Shown here piece by piece: positions 27,121-36,354 of a stretch of 64,000 nt of DNA; the stretch's first letter is position 1, and the number at the start of each line of letters is the position of its first letter. The DNA comes from the human T2T-CHM13v2.0 reference genome, Homo sapiens: NCBI RefSeq assembly GCF_009914755.1, contig NC_060947.1. One strand, written 5' to 3'. A model generated the notes under the pieces. That model saw nothing but the letters and a program-made list of their open reading frames with translations, searched no databases and was not told where the DNA came from. The position numbers and the translations under genes are program-made.

Positions 27121-28006
27121 GCCCCCAGATCAAACCTTCTGCTGAGAAATATCAGATAAGGCATTCTATTTATTACTCATAGTAATGTTATACTGATTTT
27201 TTCTATGACTACAGTTTGGAATATGTCTAGAAGGTACCAGCCACAAAATAGGAGATCTGATTCCAAACCTATGTGTTCACCTTTAAAAATTACAAATCTG
27301 TAGCTTATACTTGCATTTAGGGTAAGATCTAAGCTCTTATAACTCATCATATTTTCAATAAGAGAGAATTTTCTAGAACTTATTCCTTTTATAAATATTT
27401 TTGGTTCATATGATTCAGGACATATTAAACAGTTTAGAGGCTGTTGAATTAATTATGAATCACTCACACTAAGTGATCATTATGGAGATAATGCATGGCT
27501 AATATTTTTGCTAACATGATAAATATTTTGTGTTTGAAGAAGAGTCCAGTGGAAAGATGTCTGCATAGTATCACATAATCAATTGAAAAAATGTTTAGTA
27601 CAACAACTCGTTTTCTGCCATCTTCAATAGAAAATTTTCACTTAGATTAAATGAAAATTTTCATTTAGATTAAATGCTTTGGTGCCATGCAAACCTAGAT
27701 TAAAGACACTAAGTAAGCAATAACTTTAAATAGGCAATTATGTCCACTAGTTACTACAGATGTAAACAGCCAAACTGTTCCATAACCTTCGTCGAGTGTT
27801 TTGAGTGGGATGGTGATTTCTTTAAAATGTTGATAATTTAATATTTCTGTTTTCTATATAATACTATATATTTCATTTGTATATATTTTATATTTTATAA
27901 CATACAATGTATTCGACACTAATTTTAATATTTTCTACTTTAATTGCTTCTTGATAGCTGGATTACCTAGCCAGCATTTGATATTTATCACTATCCTGTA
28001 TTTCAG

Positions 28007-28063
28007 GGACTTCATGAGAAGACTGGTGCATTTACAGCTGTTAAAGTGATGAACGCTCGTAAG
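28007..28063 (+). CDS. NRK: NRK coding exon (exon 3): GLHEKTGAFTAVKVMNARK, kinase subdomain II with the catalytic Lys
   Basis: tttcag|GGA...AAG|gtaata; 57 nt, phase 0/0; AVK motif. Confidence 0.95.
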
Positions 28064-28863
28064 GTAATATTATAAATTGCCTGTATTCTCTTCCCTTAGT
28101 GGACTGTGTTCCTGGGATACACAACTCAGAAAATATTGTATTTGTTTTTAAATCATTATTTTATATAATAATTATTACATCAATCTGGATTTATTATAGT
28201 TATCATTTAATATTACTTTTATTCATTAGTGTATTATATCTATTACTTTATTATATATCCACATAAAACAATGCTTCTTTCACAGCAGAAGTTCCACATA
28301 TTTTGGTATTCTATAACACTGAGGAATATATCTGTACTCCTCTCTGTTTCTAGTTGACTATTTGTTTCCAGGGATAGCAAAGAAGAGATTGCTTCTAATA
28401 TTGGGTTAATCCTGCTGTGTTCCATCATATTATTTTCCCTCTCCAATGATTTCCTCTGATAATTGAGGCCATTAGATTCTCAATGACAGGTAGAAGGAAG
28501 AGACTTATCAGAAATGCACATTTTTCATGTATTTTCTGACAGATGAGCAAAAGAGACAGTTTAATTGGCACCGTTCCTGGTAACATTCATAAAGTTGTGT
28601 CACGGTTCATAACATATTGGCATAGAATTTGCTAGCACTGATTTCTGTTCTTTTTCTTTAACGTGAGTGCCACACTTTCTCAAGATAATATTATCATAAA
28701 CATAGAAAAGGTCAAAAAAATTTTACTTCACTATACCCTAAAGGGAAATTTGTGTTTGAAAAGCTATACACATTGACTGAACTGTTGTCAAGGCCATAAA
28801 CTGTGCTTTTTCCAATTTGTGCAGGAAGTGAATTGCTGAAACTGTTTAAAGAGTTGTGTGCTT

Positions 28864-28971
28864 CCATAGCACATGTGTACCTATGTAACAAATCTGCACA
28901 TTCTGCACATGTATCCCAGAACTTAAAGTATAATAATAAAAAAAGAAATGATAGCTGAATTAAAAAAAAAA
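28864..28971 (+). mobile_element. Severely 5'-truncated L1PA 3' tip with A-tail and target-site duplication
   Basis: ccatagcacatgtgtacctatgtaacaaatctgcacattctgcacatgtatcccagaacttaaagtataataataaa; TSD agttgtgtgctt at 28852-28863 and 28971-28982. Confidence 0.9.
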
Positions 28972-29515
28972 GTTGTGTGCTTTTAGTTTTGCCAGTAAAT
29001 GTCAAAAGTTGCAAACCAATGTGAGTTTCGAGGGATTTTGATGTTTTGTAGATTTATTTTGCCCTACAATCCATGGCTTCCAAATAATCAAACTTCTACT
29101 TTTTGAGTGATACTCTCTAAAATACTTATTTTCTTGTTTTAACTTAAGAGACCTTGACATACTTTTAACCTACATTTCAGATACTCTGACTTTTAAAATA
29201 TTTAAAAATCATGTTCAACCCATGGAAGTTTAGTGTCAATTAACTGGTTTTGTAAGGAGGATAAAGCACTTTACTAATAACAAATTGTAATTTTCCCATT
29301 ATTACAGCAGTTAAATCTACTACCATGAATTTGTTGCCAAATTTCTGTATGTCATAAGAATTTGGTTTTTTAAATTAAAACTATTGGAGAAAATTGAGAG
29401 AGGAATAATGTTATCTTACTTTTCCATTGAGTGCTAACGTAGCTTAAAGTACTTAAGCATAAATCATTTTTAGAGTGTACCAGTACATCTAATAACATTT
29501 TATTCTTGGTTACAG

Positions 29516-29587
29516 ACCCCTTTACCTGAAATAGGAAGGCGAGTGAGAGTGAATAAATATCAAAAATCTGTTGGGTGGAGATACAGT
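29516..29587 (+). CDS. NRK: NRK coding exon (exon 4): TPLPEIGRRVRVNKYQKSVGWRYS, 24-aa insert between beta3 and alphaC
   Basis: ttacag|ACC...AGT|gtgagt; 72 nt, phase 0/0, open frame; matches recalled human NRK sequence. Confidence 0.88.
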
Positions 29588-32500
29588 GTGAGTACTAAAA
29601 GTTCTCATTAATACCCAAGTAGTCTTTCCTTTCATTTTCAGCTTTTAACTTATCCCTTTGCATTGTGTCATTATCTCTAGAAGACTGCTACTAAAAGTGT
29701 TCTTGCCTGAAAGTGATAACATATTTATATCTTTTAATATATTCACTTAGATTCAATCATCATATATGAGCACTAGCATATATCAGAGAGTAGGAGATAG
29801 GAGAAAAGGGCCCTTGAATAGGAATGCATTGACTGTCAGTGAGGAATTGCGTAAATTTACAGAGCATAGAACCCTCTGGCTGAATAGCAACAAAAAAGGA
29901 GGTGATGCGATCTACAGCAAATTTTGCCTAAAATTGGCCTTGGAAAGGTCCTTTTCACACGTTTATCATGACATTCTGGACTAATTGCTTTTCCTCCATT
30001 GTGATTCTAACAAACATTACCATCGTGTTTGAACCAAATGAGGAATGCCCCACGTGCCCACCCCCCCGCTTTTTGTAAGAGCAATAGCAGGCAGAAAACA
30101 AACCAACCACTTAGCCTCAAGGTCTTCAGACATCTGGTACCATACTTGAACACATGAAAGGATATGAACATGTTTTCTATGTGCAGCTTTTTGGCTTACC
30201 TTCAGAGCAGTTTTTCTGATACCAACAATTCTCTGGCTCCAGAATAAAACCAACCAAAGATAATCTCTCTTTTTCAGTAGATATTGGTGATCTATAAAAT
30301 ATTGTATGGGCCCAAAAGTTGAATTTTTGCTCTTATCAATATAATGAATTGATATATTTTTTCCTACTTTTCTCTCCTGCAGTCAGCTATACATGAGACT
30401 CAAATATTTCTAGCATTTTGTGACTTAGTAAATATGTCTCAGGCACATTAAAAATAACCCTTTTACTAACACAATCACATTCAGAAACTTTCTAGTTATA
30501 TTAGAAAGATATTACTAAACAACCTCATGACTCATCTATTAAGTACTAGGCTCCTGTTATGTCTATAATTCATGTTAGGAGACTAAGCATATCCAGAGGA
30601 CCAGCTAAAACAGATAGTATCATGCTTTTGTAGCTTAGGAAACCGCAAAAGATAAGGTATGGAAAATATGATTATTTTATTAATTTTGGTTTCATCAAAC
30701 ATTTGTGCTAATAAAACTTTTTTAAAGACCTGTCCCAAACCCTCTCTGGCACACTTTCCTTAGAGAAAAGGATTTTGATTCTAGAATTGGATGAAATTAC
30801 AAAGGAAGTTCTGGCATCCTTGAGCTGCCTCCTCTTGACAAAACGCAGGGTATTCAGGCCAGTCTGTGATCAACTGGCCCTAAGCCAGGAAATGCTGTAG
30901 CATCATATTACTGGAAGATGTGTGAGAGTTTTAAATTACCCACTTGGTCTGATGGATATAATGTACTTATGTGTTTCTCACAAGCTCAGCTTCCTGTTAA
31001 TTCAGAGTGGCAAACACACTAACGCTTCCCAAACATATCTGATCTTCATTTATTTGTTTTGGGGGAGTTTACATTTATGTGGGCAACCCACTCTTAAAAG
31101 GTTTTTCTAGTTGGGGACTTTGAATTATCTGATTATGTATTTTAGTAAGAAAAAATAACTGCTAGCTAATCATCCAGTTAGTATCTCTAAATTATCTTGA
31201 ATCCTTTAGGATAAAAAGTATGTGACTTGCACACACATCTCTTAGATGCCAGGGGTTTATGGAAATAGCAATAATATGTAAGTCCAGAAACATGAGTTCA
31301 AATCCCAAGTCTACCACTAAATAGCCAAAAAGTGCTTGGGAAAGTGGTTTACCTTTCTATGTCTCAGGTTCCTCATAGAAAAAGAGACATCACAAATGCA
31401 ACTACATAGCTGCCCAGAGCCCAGCGCATCTCTTGTTCTTTCCAGGACACATAAGCTTTCTAACTCAAAAAGAAAAGGAATCACCTTAACATCAAGCTAC
31501 CAAACTAGTGAAATAATTCAGTCTTGCCCCTGCTTCTCTTTCACTTGTTCTTTGTATTCTTAACCTCCTACCATCCTCTCATTCCTATTTATTGCACTAC
31601 TTATGAGTTCATATTCCTCTCAGCAGAACCTTGGCAACTTAATTGAAACTGAGAGTGCGTACGCACAAATATTCTATAATAGCTAGTCCCTGTGGTTTGC
31701 TAGTCTTATGCGGTGCCAGGTATTGTTACTATTTCAAAGGAGGGCCACATCACAGGGGAAGCAGAAAGTTTAAGGATCTTACATGACAAGAATTAAAGCC
31801 ACAGGATTTTTACCTTTCTAGAAAACAGATTAAGATAATTTGAAGGGAACTTATTAACTGAACTTTGCTGGGAGGTTGGGATGAGACTCTAGCCTGAGCT
31901 TTCATGCAATTCTCATACCACAAGTTGTCATGACTTTATTACACAAATAAATAGAAAGAGGGAACCTATCACTGAGATTTTCAACTGCACATATCAGGAC
32001 CTATCCTTTTCCCCCATAAGACAAATAGGTGTCTAGAGATTTATTTTCCAGTAGTTGAATGTTTATAGGTAAATCCAGTGGAAAATCCTTGGGAAATACT
32101 AAAGAATGTTCTGCAACTGCCAGCCATTTTCTCTGACATTGCAAACTTTTTTTTTTTTTACGAGATATAAATACCGGGCATTTTAGGGGAGGAAAGATAA
32201 TTTATAACTAAAAGTTAAGTCAACTTAGAGACACTACAGAGCCTAGTGCACTGCTTTATATTTATGTCATAAGTATTTTTAAAGCCTAGCCACATTATAC
32301 CTAAATATAGAAAGTAGTTGCCTATTTTTCCTGCTGGTTCTTAGAGAATTAGCTAAGAGAGAAGGTAATAACTGAGTTATGTTTAGTTACCAATTCATTT
32401 CAGCTAAGAGACTTATTTCCCTATATTTCAGTCATTAAGTCAGGATAGTTTGAGGAAAATGCTGGGGAGAACTAAAGAAAATTGGTGGTTAATCCCTTAA

Positions 32501-32604
32501 TTATTTTCCATGTCAATTGTCCCTTTCCTAGGTCATTGCTCAAAAGAGTTAAGGAAATCTTTTTTTTCACTGGATTTCAGAACCGGAAGTCTTTAATTCA
32601 AAAG

Positions 32605-32898
32605 TTTTTTGTTTGTTTGTTTGTTTGTTTTTGAGACAAGGTCTCACTCTGTTGCCCAGGCTAGTGTGCAGTGGCACAATCTTGGCCTCCTGGGTTCAAG
32701 TGGTTCTCCTGCCTCAGCCTCCCCAGTAGTTGGGATTATAGGCATCTACCATCATGCTTGGCTAATTTTTGTACTTTTAGTAGAGATGGGGTTCCACCAT
32801 TTTGGCCAGGCTGGTCTCAAACTCCTGACCTCAAGTGATCCACCTGCCTTAGCCTCCCAGAGTGCTGGAATTACAGGTGTGAGCCACCACGCCAGGCC
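32605..32898 (-). mobile_element. AluS SINE, antisense, with (TTTG)n tail
   Basis: ttttgagacaaggtctcactctgttgcccaggct...gtgagccaccacgccaggcc; explains ORF 32609-32950. Confidence 0.95.
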
Positions 32899-34163
32899 AA
32901 AAGTCTTCTTTTCTTTACACTCTACAAATATATTTCACTTTCAACAATAAGAATATTTCTTAATAATTTTTATAAATTGAACTATTATAGATGAAATAGG
33001 AGAGCTTTTTAATTTACAATCAAATAAAATTTAGAGCTACTATGAATTCAAAGGAGGTCAGTGAGGAATCCATTTTTCAAGTACAGAATCACTTCCTGAG
33101 TCATCTCACATCACCTTCAACTTTATTATGTATTCAACTATTTTGTATTCACCGTTGGTTGTGTCATTCACATATGTGAATCTTATTTCCTGATGTGTAA
33201 TTTCCTTTAAGTTAGGATCATAATACCTAAATGCACAAACCAATTATATTTTCATTGAAAATTTTAACAATTTAAGTTGTCTTTTTGTAAGTTAACATTT
33301 TAAGATATTTTTCTCAAGTGTATTGCATCTGTATACACAAAAGTGTAATTGTTTTCAAATTATTAAGAAGCAAAGAGTTTTTTCTAGATTGGCTGAGAAA
33401 TAAGAGTTACAGAAGGAATATCAAAACCACTTGGCTATCATGGTACAAGCAGACATCACTGAAACTTTGAGAGAATTGCTTTCCATGTCACTCCACTATA
33501 ATTAATATGCTGGGAATGAAGGAGGCTGATGTTTGTAGATTACGGTAAACAGTGGAGGGAAGTGTATAGTTCTGATAGCGCTCGGAGTAATTCAAAGAAG
33601 TCAAATAACAATGATATTTTGTGATAATACATTGCATTTATAGAATTTTTTTCAAAGATTTCAAAGAACTTTATATATGTTATCCCATTTGGTCCCACTA
33701 ACATTCCATGAAGATAGGTAATGGCTGCTATCTTCCATCATTCTTTTAAAATAAATTGAACTTTAGGAAGATTAAGTGAATTTCCTACTCTGGGCTATCA
33801 GTGCTAAACCTCGGTGTCCTAATGCCTATGGTAGGTGTTTTTTTCTGACTGACATCACACTGTCTTCTGCTAGAGCTGTCTTGAAGCTATATATTGTACC
33901 TCGGTGATCTCATCTAACCAGATGGCTCCAATTATCACTATATAGATAATTCTCAGAAACAATACTTCTAGACCTGACTTGTCCCCTGAGTGCCAGACCC
34001 ATATATCCTTTCTGTGCAATCTTGTGCAGCCATAAGAAGGAAGTGCATTTGTTTATTGATATGGAAAGATGTGCTTTATATACTGATTAAAACATGAAAA
34101 TTGCAGAATATTAAAAATAATAAGAGCTTATTTGGATTTTTTAAATGACACACACACACATAT

Positions 34164-34382
34164 ATAAATGCATAATGATATGATCAACACACACACATAC
34201 ACATACAGACACACATGTATATATACATAATTATATATTATATATACAGATAATTATATATATAATTATATTATATATAATATATTGATAATTATATTAT
34301 ATATATTACATATTGATAATTATATATATATACGTGTGTGTGTATGTGTGTGTGTGTGTTGATCATATCATTATGCATTTAT
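34164..34382. repeat. Long inverted repeat with AT-rich centre
   Basis: 34164-34197 is the exact reverse complement of 34349-34382; imperfect pairing continues inward through CA/TG and TA tracts. Confidence 0.92.
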
Positions 34383-34659
34383 CTCTGTCATAGCTCTAGC
34401 TACTGCATTATCATATACAAATGTCTGAAAGAATATACACTAAACAGTTAATATTGCTTGGGGAAAATGTTCAGTGAGAGTAGACCCCTTACATATTTTA
34501 TTAGTATATTTCTCTATATTTGGTATGCATGTGCCATTGTTGTGATTAATAAAAATAAATTATCGAAAAAAATAAAAATAAATAAATAAAATGTGAAAAA
34601 ATAATAAAAATTTTTAAAAGATCAGCACAGAACAAACCAATACCTTTAAAATGTAAAGG

Positions 34660-35800
34660 ATTACCAAATAATCAAGATAGTATGGTACTGTCCATCCACA
34701 TGCAAAATAATGAGGTTGGACTTTTACTTTATATAAAAGTTAACTCAAAATGGATCAGACACCTAAGTATAAGAGCTAAAACTATAAAATGCTTAGAAGA
34801 AAACAAGGATAAAGCTTTGTGACCTATGATTTGACAGTGGATGCTTATATATGGCACCAAAAGTACAAGCAACAAAACAACAAATTTATAAATTGTGCTT
34901 CATTAAAATAAAAACTTTTGTGCTTCAAAGGTCACTATCAAGACAGTGAGAAAACAATCCACAGTATGAGAGAAATTATTTGCAAGTTGTCTATCTGATA
35001 AGGCACTTGTATCTAGAATATATGAAGAGCTCTTACAATTCAGTAATAAAATGACAACCCAGTTTTTAAAAGGACAAAGAATTTTGTATTAGACATTTCT
35101 TGAAGAACATATCGGCAATAGGCACAGGAAAAGATGCTCAACATCATTAGTCATCAGGGAATTGCAAATTAAAACCACAATGAGACACCACTTCACACCC
35201 ACTAGAATGGTTATAATAATAAAACAGAAAATAGCAAGTGTTGGTGATAGTGTAGAGAAAGTGGAACCCCTGCATACATTGCTCTTGGTAATGCAAAATG
35301 GTAAAGCCAATGTGGGAGACAGTCTGTCATTTCATCAAAACATTAAACATAGAGTTACTTGACATGACTGTTCATAGAAGCATTATTCATAATAGCTAAA
35401 TGGTAGAAATAGCCCAAACATCCCTCAATTGATGAATGGTAAACCAAAAGCAATGAAACATTGTTACATGCTACATATGGATGAACTTTGAAAAGAACTA
35501 GTCACAAAAGACCATGTTATATGATTTCATTTATATAAAATGTCCAGAACTGATAAATCTACTGAGACATAAAGTGGATTAGTGATTGCTTAGAGTTGGG
35601 GTGTGTGTGTGGCAGAATTGGGGGATGATAACTAAAGGATATGGGGTTTCCTTTTGGAGTGATAAAAATGTTCTAAAATTGATTGTGGTGATGATTGCAC
35701 AACTGTATAAATATACTAAAAACCATTGCATTTTGCACTTTAAATGGGTGAATTTTATAGTATGTGAATTATATCTCAATAAAACTGTTACAAAAGAAAC
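34660..35800 (+). mobile_element. L1MB-type LINE-1 3' portion
   Basis: ORF2 remnant QIKTTMRHHFTPTRMVIIIKQKIASVG (35162-35362); 3' end ctttaaatgggtgaattttatagtatgtgaattatatctcaataaaactgtt. Confidence 0.9.
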
Positions 35801-36101
35801 AACAATATAATGACTCCACTCAGTGAAAATTTTATACAGTGGCCAGTGCCGCTGGTCCAGGGACCATACCTTAAGAACCACTGAACTAAACGATCTTCAG
35901 TTTACCCTTTTTATTCCCCCAGACTCCAGGTTAACCAGAGGTCTTCATTCACTGACCATTTTAGTTGAGATTTTATTATAAATTGCTGTTGGATATAATT
36001 AGTTGCCATAGGATTCTCCTTCATTGATATACTGTACTTTAGGGACTTATAGTCATTGATTGCACAGTTTAGGAGCTTTGCTGTCTATTCTTATTCCATA
36101 G

Positions 36102-36227
36102 GATGAGGAAGAGGATCTCAGGACTGAACTCAACCTTCTGAGGAAGTACTCTTTCCACAAAAACATTGTGTCCTTCTATGGAGCATTTTTCAAGCTGAGT
36201 CCCCCTGGTCAGCGGCACCAACTTTGG
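36102..36227 (+). CDS. NRK: NRK coding exon (exon 5): DEEEDLRTELNLLRKYSFHKNIVSFYGAFFKLSPPGQRHQLW (alphaC, subdomains III-IV)
   Basis: ccatag|GAT...TGG|gtatgt; 126 nt, phase 0/0; clear MAP4K4/TNIK-like sequence. Confidence 0.96.
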
Positions 36228-36354
36228 GTATGTTTTTAATTACACTGTTCTTATTCTATAAGAATAAGTTTTACCCAAGGATGTATGTTTTCATGAGTTA
36301 TCACTTTTGTGCATCTACAGGAAAACTTAGCACACAACTGTTAAGGTAGTATGG

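Noticed and set aside
32582-32590. Perfect ETS motif ACCGGAAGT beside an Alu tail
   Set aside because: Single isolated 9-mer with no supporting cluster or CpG enrichment
32609-32950. 113-aa ORF (and similar ORFs at 44565-44819, 47554-47778, 54973-55305)
   Set aside because: Typical Alu-derived translations
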